Of a DNA stretch of 12,369 nt, positions 1 through 6,916 are shown piece after piece; position 1 is the first letter of the stretch, and each line of letters starts with the position of its first letter. The position numbers were made by a program, and so were the translations under genes. The notes under the pieces were generated by a model. The model saw only the letters and a program-made list of their open reading frames with translations. It was not told the DNA's origin and made no database searches. Source of the DNA: a virus (taxonomy: Duplodnaviria > Heunggongvirae > Uroviricota > Caudoviricetes); the IMG/VR virus record IMGVR_UViG_2698536477_000001, one strand, 5' to 3'.

Positions 1-245
1 GTGCAGTCTGTCTCGGAAAGAAAAACTTTATGTTCTTCGGCAGCGATCACGGCGGCGAGCGTGGAGCACTGTTGTACGGGCTGATCGGCACCTGCCGTCT
101 GAACGGTATCGATCCGGAAGCGTATCTGAGCCATATTCTGAGCGTACTGCCGGAATGGCCTTCCAACCGGGTTGACGAACTCCTGCCATGGAACGTAGTA
201 CTCACCAATAAATAAGCGTCAATACGGCACTCCGTTAACGCTTAC
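1..245 (+). mobile_element. IS66-family insertion sequence, right-hand end (transposase 3' end plus terminal inverted repeat); rest of element lies upstream of the window
   Basis: The reading frame open from the window edge to TAA 213-215 encodes ...KNFMFFGSDHGGERGALLYGLIGTCRLNGIDPEAYLSHILSVLPEWPSNRVDELLPWNV, which matches the conserved C-terminus of IS66-family TnpC transposases as I remember them. Thirty bp later the element ends at 239-245 (cgcttac, i.e. GTAAGCG read inward from outside), the terminal heptamer I associate with IS66-family inverted repeats. 216-245 is itself an imperfect palindrome. Confidence 0.7.
3..215 (+). CDS. IS66-family transposase TnpC, C-terminal fragment (5' end outside window; the ATG at 30 is internal, not the true start)
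   Basis: Frame is open from the first in-frame codon at position 3 with no upstream stop; C-terminal motif GSDxGGERxAxxYxLIGTCxLNGIDPEAYL...LLPWN is characteristic of the family. Confidence 0.7.
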   Translation, partial: AVCLGKKNFMFFGSDHGGERGALLYGLIGTCRLNGIDPEAYLSHILSVLPEWPSNRVDELLPWNVVLTNK

Positions 246-247
246 AT

Positions 248-1738
248 GTGATTGGCGTTTTTTCACCAGGATGGAAAGCGGCAAGGCTGCGTTCCCGTGC
301 GGTGATCCAGGCTTATGAGGCCGTAAAAACGACACGGACACACAAAGCCCGGCGGGAAAACCGAACTGCCGACCAGTTAAGCCAGTACGGGGCCGTGTCG
401 TTACGTGAGCAGGCCCGTTACCTTGATAACAACCACGATCTGGTTATTGGTGTATTTGACAAGCTGGAAGAACGGGTGGTGGGGAAAAACGGGATTATTG
501 TCGAGCCACATCCGGTATTACGCAATGGGGCCATTGCCCGTGATCTGGCAGCGGAGATACGCACCCGATGGAGTGAATGGTCTGTCAGTCCGGAAGTCAC
601 CGGGCAGTTTACCCGTCCGATGCTGGAACGTCTGATGCTGCGTACCTGGCTGCGCGATGGTGAGGTGTTTGCCCAGATGGTTTCCGGGCGCATAAACAGC
701 CTGACGCCTTCTGCCGGTGTTCATTTCTGGCTGGAGGCGCTCGAGCCGGACTTTATTCCCATGACCAGTGATGAGAGCAACAGGCTGAATCAGGGCGTGT
801 TTGTTGATGACTGGGGGCGTCCCGAAAAATATCTGGTGTATAAAAGCCGTCCCGTATCCGGGCGGCAGATGGAAACCAAAGAAGTGGATGCAGAGCGAAT
901 GCTGCATCTTAAATTTGTTCGCCGTCTGCACCAGATGCGCGGGACGTCTTTGTTGTCCGGTGTGCTGATCCGCCTCAGTGCCCTGAAAGAGTATGAAGAT
1001 TCTGAGCTGACTGCAGCAAGGATCGCCGCTGCTCTGGGGATGTACATCCGGAAAGGCGACGGGCAGAGCTATGAACCGGATGGTAATGGCAGCAAGGAGA
1101 ATGAACGCGAGCTTACCATTCAGCCAGGCATTATTTACGACGATCTGAAACCCGGCGAAGAAATCGGAATGGTGAAGTCGGATCGTCCCAATCCTAACCT
1201 TGAAACTTTTCGTAATGGTCAGTTGCGTGCCGTGGCGGCGGGCAGTCGTCTGAGTTTTTCCAGTACGGCACGCAACTATAACGGCACTTACAGCGCCCAG
1301 CGTCAGGAGCTGGTTGAATCCACTGATGGCTACCTGATCCTGCAGGACTGGTTTATTGGTGCCGTCACCCGCCCGATGTATCGTGCCTGGCTGAAACAGG
1401 CTGTGGCATCCGGTGTTATCAGGCTACCCCGCGATCTTGATCGTTCTTCACTGTATACCGCGGTGTATTCCGGACCGGTGATGCCGTGGATTGACCCTGT
1501 TAAGGAGGCTGAGGCCTGGAAAATTCAGATTCGTGGTGGAGCGGCGACAGAATCAGACTGGGTACGTGCAGGTGGTCGTAATCCGGATGATGTCAAACGT
1601 CGGCGCAAGGCCGAAATTGATGAAAACCGCAAGCTGGATCTGGTATTTGATACCGATCCGGCCAGTGATAAAGGAGGCAGCAGTGCCGCAACGAAACGAC
1701 AGGAGCCGCAGCACACCGACGACCAGTCCGAAGAATAA
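248..1738 (+). CDS. Phage portal protein (lambda gpB-type family), 496 aa as drawn from GTG 248; native start probably lost or displaced by the IS insertion
   Basis: Long + ORF at the head of a head-gene module. Segments such as LREQARYLDNNHDLVIGVF, the acidic Asp/Glu-rich C-terminus, and a size near 500 aa fit lambda-type portal proteins. The frame opens only at 239 (TAA 236-238 lies inside the IS end), with no in-frame ATG or Shine-Dalgarno near the 5' end. Confidence 0.8.
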   Translation: MIGVFSPGWKAARLRSRAVIQAYEAVKTTRTHKARRENRTADQLSQYGAVSLREQARYLDNNHDLVIGVFDKLEERVVGKNGIIVEPHPVLRNGAIARDLAAEIRTRWSEWSVSPEVTGQFTRPMLERLMLRTWLRDGEVFAQMVSGRINSLTPSAGVHFWLEALEPDFIPMTSDESNRLNQGVFVDDWGRPEKYLVYKSRPVSGRQMETKEVDAERMLHLKFVRRLHQMRGTSLLSGVLIRLSALKEYEDSELTAARIAAALGMYIRKGDGQSYEPDGNGSKENERELTIQPGIIYDDLKPGEEIGMVKSDRPNPNLETFRNGQLRAVAAGSRLSFSSTARNYNGTYSAQRQELVESTDGYLILQDWFIGAVTRPMYRAWLKQAVASGVIRLPRDLDRSSLYTAVYSGPVMPWIDPVKEAEAWKIQIRGGAATESDWVRAGGRNPDDVKRRRKAEIDENRKLDLVFDTDPASDKGGSSAATKRQEPQHTDDQSEE

Positions 1739-1751
1739 TTCCTGGTTCAGG

Positions 1752-3710
1752 ATGCAGGCAGGTCACCAGAGTGACGCGGATATTTATATTTATGACGAGA
1801 TTGGTTTCTGGGGTGTTACAGCGAAGCAGTTTATCAGTGATCTGAATGCACTGGGCGATATCACCCACATTAATCTCCATATTAATTCACCGGGTGGCGA
1901 TGTCTTTGAAGGCATCGCCATTTTTAATGCACTGAAAACACATGGTGCGTCCATTACCGTTTATGTCGACGGTGTGGCGGCGTCAATGGCGTCGGTCATT
2001 GCGATGGTGGGAAACCCGGTCATTATGCCGGAAAACTCCTTCATGATGATTCATAAACCATTTGGCTTTACGGGCGGTGATGCGGAGGACATGCGCACCT
2101 ATGCCGACCTGCTCGATAAAGTTGAGGCGGTTCTGTTACCCGCTTATGCACAGAAAACCGGGAAAACCACCGATGAAATTGCTGCCATGCTGGCGGATGA
2201 GACCTGGATGTCCGGTGCCGAATGTCTGGCACAGGGATTTGCTGATCAGGTGACACCAGCCGTTAAGGCAATGGCATGTATTCAGTCAAAACGTACAGAG
2301 GAATTTAAAAAGATGCCGGAATCCATTCGAAACATGATTACTCCGCCACGCAACAGTGCTCCACGCGTACAGGATGATGAACCTGCAGCCTCCCGGACGC
2401 CAGTGCAGGCAGCAGCACCCGTGGTGGATGAAAACAGTATCCGTGCGCAGGTACTGGCAGAGCAAAAAGCGCGTGTAAACGGTATTAATGATCTGTTTGC
2501 CATGTTTGGCGGGCGTTATCAGACGCTGCAGGCCCAGTGTCTTGCCGATCCTGAATGTTCGCTGGAGCAGGCCCGTGAAAAGCTGTTGAACGAGATGGGG
2601 CGCGAGTCCACGCCATCCAATAAAAATACCCCGGCTCATATTTATGCCGGTAACGGTAATTTTGTGGGGGACGGGATTCGCCAGGCGCTGATGGCGCGTG
2701 CCGGATTTGAAAAAACCGAACGTGATAATGTCTACAACGGGATGACCCTGCGTGAATATGCCCGTATGTCACTAACTGAACGGGGTATTGGGGTTTCCGG
2801 TTATAACCCGATGCAGATGGTCGGTGCGGCGTTCACACACAGTACGTCTGACTTCGGTAATATTCTGCTGGATGTTGCGAACAAAGCCATTCTGCAGGGC
2901 TGGGAAGATGCCCCTGAAACCTATGAACAGTGGACGCGGAAAGGTCAGTTGTCTGATTTTAAAATTGCCCATCGTGTGGGTATGGGGGGCTTCAGTGCTC
3001 TACGTCAGGTGCGTGAAGGGGCGGAATATAAATACGTCACCACCGGAGATAAACAGGCCACTATTGCACTGGCGACCTATGGCGAGCTGTTCAGTATCAC
3101 CCGTCAGGCCATTATCAATGATGATCTGAATATGCTGACCGATGTCCCGATGAAACTGGGCCGTGCGGCGAAATCCACTATTGCCGATCTGGTTTATGCC
3201 ATTCTGACGTCTAACCCGAAAATCTCCACAGATAATGTAAGTCTGTTCGATAAAGCGAAACATGCAAACGTACTGGAGAGCGCTGCAATGGACGTGGCAT
3301 CGCTGGATAAAGCCCGCCAGTTGATGCGCGTTCAGAAAGAGGGGGAGCGTCATCTGAATATTCGTCCTGCGTTCGTACTGGTACCGACGGCGATGGAGTC
3401 TGTTGCTAACCAGGTCATTCGCTCCTCAAGTGTCAAGGGGGCTGACATTAACGCCGGTATTATTAACCCGGTGAAAGATTTTGCGACCGTTATTGCAGAG
3501 CCTCGTCTTGATGATAACAGCCAGACCACCTTCTACCTGGCTGCGTCAAAAGGCTCCGATACGATTGAAGTGGCTTATCTCAACGGTGTGGATACGCCAT
3601 ATATTGATCAGATGGAGGGCTTCAGTGTGGATGGCGTGACAACGAAAGTGCGTATTGACGCCGGTGTCGCGCCAGTTGATCACCGCGGTCTGGTGAAATG
3701 TACGGCGTAA
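1752..3710 (+). CDS. Head maturation protease (ClpP/S49-like) fused to major capsid protein, 652 aa from ATG 1752; frame is open upstream to 1491
   Basis: N-terminal region DIYIYDEIGFWGVTAKQF...INSPGGDVFEGIAIFNALK...VYVDGVAASMASVIAMVG...MMIHKP has the ClpP-like serine protease fold signature (GG...S-M-A-S). A Pro/Ala-rich and coiled linker follows, then a C-terminal ~300 aa capsid-like domain. It sits directly after the portal, and I recall this fused arrangement from Gifsy-type and EHEC lambdoid prophages. ATG 1752 follows the portal stop at 1736-1738. Confidence 0.8.
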   Translation: MQAGHQSDADIYIYDEIGFWGVTAKQFISDLNALGDITHINLHINSPGGDVFEGIAIFNALKTHGASITVYVDGVAASMASVIAMVGNPVIMPENSFMMIHKPFGFTGGDAEDMRTYADLLDKVEAVLLPAYAQKTGKTTDEIAAMLADETWMSGAECLAQGFADQVTPAVKAMACIQSKRTEEFKKMPESIRNMITPPRNSAPRVQDDEPAASRTPVQAAAPVVDENSIRAQVLAEQKARVNGINDLFAMFGGRYQTLQAQCLADPECSLEQAREKLLNEMGRESTPSNKNTPAHIYAGNGNFVGDGIRQALMARAGFEKTERDNVYNGMTLREYARMSLTERGIGVSGYNPMQMVGAAFTHSTSDFGNILLDVANKAILQGWEDAPETYEQWTRKGQLSDFKIAHRVGMGGFSALRQVREGAEYKYVTTGDKQATIALATYGELFSITRQAIINDDLNMLTDVPMKLGRAAKSTIADLVYAILTSNPKISTDNVSLFDKAKHANVLESAAMDVASLDKARQLMRVQKEGERHLNIRPAFVLVPTAMESVANQVIRSSSVKGADINAGIINPVKDFATVIAEPRLDDNSQTTFYLAASKGSDTIEVAYLNGVDTPYIDQMEGFSVDGVTTKVRIDAGVAPVDHRGLVKCTA

Positions 3711-3734
3711 ACGTCGCAGACAACAACTCTGATG

Positions 3735-3753
3735 GCCCGTAAGGGCTTTTTTT
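3735..3753 (+). terminator. Candidate intrinsic terminator (partial) after the capsid gene
   Basis: GCCC-GTAA-GGGC stem-loop at 3735-3746 followed by seven T at 3747-3753, 25 nt after the capsid stop. The stem is short (4 bp), so read-through is likely. Confidence 0.45.
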
Positions 3754-3796
3754 GTACCTGAAATCAGCCCCTGAACGGGGCTGTGCGGAGACAGTT

Positions 3797-4120
3797 ATGG
3801 CAAAGAATTTTGTAGAAGAAGGAAAAACGGTGGCGATTGTTGCCAGTGCAGCCATCAGCAGCGGAGATCTGGTGCAGGTGGGCGATGTTTTTGCGGTGGC
3901 GCTGACCGATATTCCACAGGGTGAAACAGGCGACGGCATGACCGAAGGTGTGTTTATGCTGCCTAAGCTGAAAACGGATGACATGAAAACGGGTAAGAAG
4001 GTTTATCTGAAGTCCGGAAAAGTTCAGCTGACTAACAGCGGCTCTGATCCGCTGGTCGGGGTTGTCTGGGCAGATGCCGGAACCAGTGCAGAAGAAGTGC
4101 CGGTAAAACTCAATGTCTGA
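3797..4120 (+). CDS. DUF2190-family small head protein (predicted capsid decoration/cement-type protein), 107 aa
   Basis: ATG 3797 has a GGAG Shine-Dalgarno at 3787-3790. The motif pattern ...GDLVQVGDVFAVALTDIPQGETGDGMTEGVFMLPK...GKKVYLKSGKV... matches the conserved DUF2190 pattern usually encoded next to phage capsid genes. The ORF-track start at 3752 is an upstream in-frame extension without an RBS. Confidence 0.7.
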   Translation: MAKNFVEEGKTVAIVASAAISSGDLVQVGDVFAVALTDIPQGETGDGMTEGVFMLPKLKTDDMKTGKKVYLKSGKVQLTNSGSDPLVGVVWADAGTSAEEVPVKLNV

Positions 4121-4388
4121 TCCCTTTTCCCGGCTGGCAGCGCGTATGGATGCTATCACGGTCAGAAAGATGGGAAAGACAGCCTCGATTAATGATGTCG
4201 ATATGACTGTGATCCCGGGAGAAACACTGGCAGAGCTGAATGCTCTGTCCGGACCTGCGGTCTCTCTGGTGGTGTTTTCTTCGGGATACCGCCCACGGCG
4301 CGGGGATCGCGTTGTTTATGACGGACAACAATGGACGGTCACACGGCATGAACGTTTTAACGGTAAGCCAATGATCTTTATTGAGTAA
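4113..4388 (+). CDS. Small putative head-tail joining / head completion protein, 91 aa (positionally equivalent to lambda FII)
   Basis: ATG 4113 overlaps the preceding stop (ATGTCTGA), indicating translational coupling. Size and position between head and Z-U-V tail genes fit a connector protein. Function is assigned by position; family resemblance is weak. Confidence 0.5.
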   Translation: MSDPFSRLAARMDAITVRKMGKTASINDVDMTVIPGETLAELNALSGPAVSLVVFSSGYRPRRGDRVVYDGQQWTVTRHERFNGKPMIFIE

Positions 4389-4399
4389 AGAGGTGTGGG

Positions 4400-4978
4400 A
4401 TGAAGGGGCTTGAGAATGCCATCCGTAATCTGAACAGCCTTGATACCCGTATGGTGCCACAGGCCAGCGCATGGGCGATAAACCGTGTGGCACAGAAAGC
4501 GGTCTCGGTCGCCACCCGGCAGGTTGCCGGGAATACCGTTGCGGGAGATAACCAGGTGAAAGGGATCCCCCTGAAACTGGTACGTCAGCGTGTCCGGGTG
4601 TTTAAAGCCAGTCCGTCAGGAAAAATGACGGCCAGGATCCGCGTTAACCGGGGCAATCTGCCCGCTATTAAGCTGGGGACAGCCCGGGTCAGACTGGCCC
4701 GGCGTGGTGGAAAACTGCAGTACCGTGGCAGTGTGCTGAAGGTGGGTAAATATCTTTTCCGGGATGCGTTTATTCAGCAACTGGCGAATGGTCGCTGGCA
4801 TGTGATGCGGCGTATTGATGGCAAAAATCGTTACCCCATTGATGTGGTGAAAGTCCCGCTGTCCGGACCGCTGACACAGGCATTTGAAGATGCCCGCGAC
4901 CGCATTATTGCTGCGGAAATGCCGAAACAGCTGGGGTATGCACTGAAACAACAACTGAGGTTATGGCTGACCCGATGA
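4400..4978 (+). CDS. Z: Tail completion protein, lambda gpZ homologue, 192 aa
   Basis: AAGAGG Shine-Dalgarno about 6 nt upstream. The protein has the same length as lambda gpZ and shares blocks with it as remembered (KGLE.A..NL, AINRVA, IKLG.ARV, GAFIQQL.NGRWHVM.R..GKNRYPIDVVK.P, LGYAL..QLR). Confidence 0.9.
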   Translation: MKGLENAIRNLNSLDTRMVPQASAWAINRVAQKAVSVATRQVAGNTVAGDNQVKGIPLKLVRQRVRVFKASPSGKMTARIRVNRGNLPAIKLGTARVRLARRGGKLQYRGSVLKVGKYLFRDAFIQQLANGRWHVMRRIDGKNRYPIDVVKVPLSGPLTQAFEDARDRIIAAEMPKQLGYALKQQLRLWLTR

Positions 4979-5376
4979 ACCGACATACACAAATCCGCCA
5001 GGCCGTACTGGCACGCCTTCGGGAACAGTGTGGAGACAGCGCCACGTTTTTTGACGGGCTTCCGGCATTTATTGATGCGCAGGAACTGCCTGCCGTGGCG
5101 GTGTGGCTGAGTGATGCTCAGTACACCGGAAAAATGACGGATGAAGATGACTGGCAGGCTGTTCTGCATATTGCTGTCTTCATCCGGGCACAGGCACCGG
5201 ATTCAGAGCTGGATATGTGGATGGAGAGCACCATTTTCCCGGCCCTGAATGATATACCGGCACTTTCCGGACTCATCGACACCCTGATCCCTCTCGGTTT
5301 TAACTATCAACGTGATAATGAGATGGCCACCTGGGCGATGGCGGAAATCACGTACCAGATCACGTACACGAATTAA
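4963..5376 (+). CDS. U: Tail terminator protein, lambda gpU homologue (137 aa from ATG 4963; alternative start ATG 4975 gives 133 aa and an ATGA overlap with the Z stop)
   Basis: Shares blocks with lambda gpU as remembered: ATFFDG.PA, FPAVAV.L, AEYTG, WQA.LHI.VF, AQ.PDSELD.WMES, DIPALS.LI, TY.ITY. Confidence 0.9.
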   Translation: MADPMNRHTQIRQAVLARLREQCGDSATFFDGLPAFIDAQELPAVAVWLSDAQYTGKMTDEDDWQAVLHIAVFIRAQAPDSELDMWMESTIFPALNDIPALSGLIDTLIPLGFNYQRDNEMATWAMAEITYQITYTN

Positions 5377-5387
5377 AGGAGGTGGCA

Positions 5388-6131
5388 ATGACCACACCAA
5401 ATCCACTGGCAAAAACGAAAGGTGCGGGAACGACGTTCTGGATGTACACCGGCAAGGGCGATGCGTTTGCGAACCCTTTATCGGACACTGACTGGCTGCG
5501 TCTTGCGATGGTGAAGGATCTGCAACCTGGCGAAATGACCGCTGATGCAGAAGATGACACTTATCTCGATGATGAAGATGCAGACTGGAAAACGACAACC
5601 CAGGGGCAGAAATCCGTCGGTGATACTTCGGCGACGCTGGCCTGGCGTCCGGGTGACAGCGGGCAGAAAAAACTGGTTCAGTTGTTCGACTCCGGTGAAG
5701 TCTGCGCGTTTCGTATCAAATATCCCAACGGCACTGTTGATGTTTTCCGTGGCTGGCTGAGCTCACTGGGTAAAACCATTGCCTCAAAAGACGTGATGAC
5801 CCGCACAGTGAAAATCAGCGGTGTGGGGCGTCCGTATCTGGCAGAGGAAGGCACTGAAACAGTGAGCGTTACCGGGCTGACGGTGGCACCGGCATCTGCC
5901 AGTGTAAAAGTGGGAGCAACCACCACGCTGACCTTTACAGTAAAACCTGACGGAGCCAGTGACAAAGCGATCAGTGTGCATTCGACAGATCCACAGACTG
6001 CCACGGTGACCCTGAACGGGCTTGTGGCCACGGTGAAAGGCGTGAAGCAGGGCAGTGTCAGCATTGTGGGCATGACTTCTGACGGCGATTTTGTGGCAGT
6101 GGCTGCGGTGGCTGTCAGCGCCGCAGGTTAA
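5388..6131 (+). CDS. V: Major tail protein, lambda gpV homologue with C-terminal Ig-like (Big_2-type) domain, 247 aa
   Basis: AAGGAGGTG Shine-Dalgarno at 5377-5385. Shares NP...KGAGTT.W.Y.G.GD.?ANPLSD.DW.RLA.VKDL.PGE.TA...DD.YLDDEDADW..T.QGQKS.GDTS.TLAW.PG, PNGTVDVFRGW.SS.GK and the Thr/Val/Ser-rich C-terminal beta-domain with lambda gpV as remembered. Confidence 0.92.
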   Translation: MTTPNPLAKTKGAGTTFWMYTGKGDAFANPLSDTDWLRLAMVKDLQPGEMTADAEDDTYLDDEDADWKTTTQGQKSVGDTSATLAWRPGDSGQKKLVQLFDSGEVCAFRIKYPNGTVDVFRGWLSSLGKTIASKDVMTRTVKISGVGRPYLAEEGTETVSVTGLTVAPASASVKVGATTTLTFTVKPDGASDKAISVHSTDPQTATVTLNGLVATVKGVKQGSVSIVGMTSDGDFVAVAAVAVSAAG

Positions 6132-6152
6132 CAGGACGATACTCATCATTTG

Positions 6153-6175
6153 CCCCGGTTATCCGGGGCTTTTTT
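6153..6175 (+). terminator. Candidate intrinsic terminator downstream of the major tail gene
   Basis: CCCCGG-TTAT-CCGGGG perfect 6-bp GC stem at 6153-6168, followed by C and TTTTTT at 6170-6175, 22 nt after the V stop. Confidence 0.6.
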
Positions 6176-6188
6176 GCAGGTGGAGAAC

Positions 6189-6578
6189 ATGATGTTTCTG
6201 AAACAGGGCACGTTTAATTATGAAAAGCAGTCCGTGGTGCTCAGTGAGCTGTCCGGGCTGCAGAGAATTGAATATCTGGCGTTTGTTCAGCAGCGAACGG
6301 CAAAGTTTGATGCCGAAGAGGGAGAACTGCCGGAGGCTGAACGACAGATTGCTTTTCTGCGGATGGGGATGGATATCAATGCCTGGCTGGTTTCCCGCTC
6401 ACTGTGGAATGCGGAACAGTCTCAGGATGTTGAGACGCTTTGCGCATCCGTTATTACAACATGGTCGTATGATGCCCTGGGAGCGGGGGCGGAGATGGTT
6501 CTGTCGCTGAGCGGTATGGGAGTCATTGAGAATGCCGGGGATTTGGAGCATGAGGTGCTGACGCCGGAAAAGTCCTGA
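6189..6578 (+). CDS. G: Tail assembly chaperone, lambda gpG homologue (129 aa from ATG 6189; ATG 6192 equally possible)
   Basis: GGAG Shine-Dalgarno at 6183-6186. Shares MFLK...V.LSELS.LQRIE.LA..., LW and EQEVLT-type elements with lambda gpG as remembered. The ORF-track start at 6150 lies inside the terminator hairpin and is unlikely. Confidence 0.88.
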   Translation: MMFLKQGTFNYEKQSVVLSELSGLQRIEYLAFVQQRTAKFDAEEGELPEAERQIAFLRMGMDINAWLVSRSLWNAEQSQDVETLCASVITTWSYDALGAGAEMVLSLSGMGVIENAGDLEHEVLTPEKS

Positions 6579-6916
6579 CGCGGGAAATGCAGTTTGTCAT
6601 GCGGCTTGCCCGGGAGTTCCGGCGGGCAGACTGGCGGCGGATGCTGTCGGAAATGTCGGCCACTGAGCTTGGTGAGTGGGGCGATTATTTCCGGATGCAG
6701 AGCTTCAGTGATGTGTGGATGGATGCGCAGTTTGCCTCGCTGAAGGCATTGATCGTGAGAATGGTGTCCGGTAGCAGTGATGCTGCGGTGGCTGATTTCA
6801 GCCTTTTACCGGAAGAGAACGGGATACCGGAGCGAACGGACGAAGAACTGATGCATCTTGGGGAAGGTATTTCCGGAGGTGTGCGTTATGGACCAGATAG
6901 CCAACCTGGTCATTGA
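6554..6916 (+). CDS. T: T segment of the tail assembly chaperone gpGT, expressed only as a -1 frameshift extension of G (the ATG at 6587 is probably not an independent start)
   Basis: An ORF in the -1 frame begins just before the G stop and ends overlapping the start of the tape measure gene, the conserved lambda G/G-T architecture. No Shine-Dalgarno precedes ATG 6587. Confidence 0.8.
   Translation, partial: GADAGKVLTREMQFVMRLAREFRRADWRRMLSEMSATELGEWGDYFRMQSFSDVWMDAQFASLKALIVRMVSGSSDAAVADFSLLPEENGIPERTDEELMHLGEGISGGVRYGPDSQPGH
6566..6572 (+). other. Candidate -1 programmed ribosomal frameshift site linking G to T (heptamer G GAA AAG)
   Basis: The T frame is -1 relative to G and is open only from 6554 (TGA 6551-6553), so the shift must occur between 6554 and the G stop at 6576-6578. 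The only slippery-looking sequence in that interval is ccGGAAAAGtcc. Confidence 0.6.

Noticed and set aside
405-1047. Several 76-137 aa ORFs in alternative frames and on the minus strand inside the portal gene
   Set aside because: All lie within the portal coding sequence, lack RBS context and have low-complexity composition.
3752-3796. ORF-track start at 3752 for the DUF2190 gene
   Set aside because: This start falls within the terminator and hairpin region with no RBS. ATG 3797 has a GGAG at the ideal spacing and gives the canonical family length of about 107 aa.
5678-6149. Minus-strand ORFs (131 aa and 121 aa) antisense to the major tail gene
   Set aside because: Cys/His/Arg-rich translations with no start context; antisense artefacts of the V coding sequence.
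6220-6510. 96-aa + strand ORF in an alternative frame inside G
   Set aside because: Lies entirely within the gpG reading frame in another phase, is Cys/Arg/Trp-rich, and has no RBS. The real second product of this region is the -1 frame T extension at the 3' end.
6858-6887. ORF-track start at 6858 for the tape measure gene (MGKVFPEVCVM...)
   Set aside because: ATG 6888 has a good GGAGG Shine-Dalgarno 8 nt upstream and gives an N-terminus aligning with lambda gpH. The 6858 start lies within the T coding region without an RBS.
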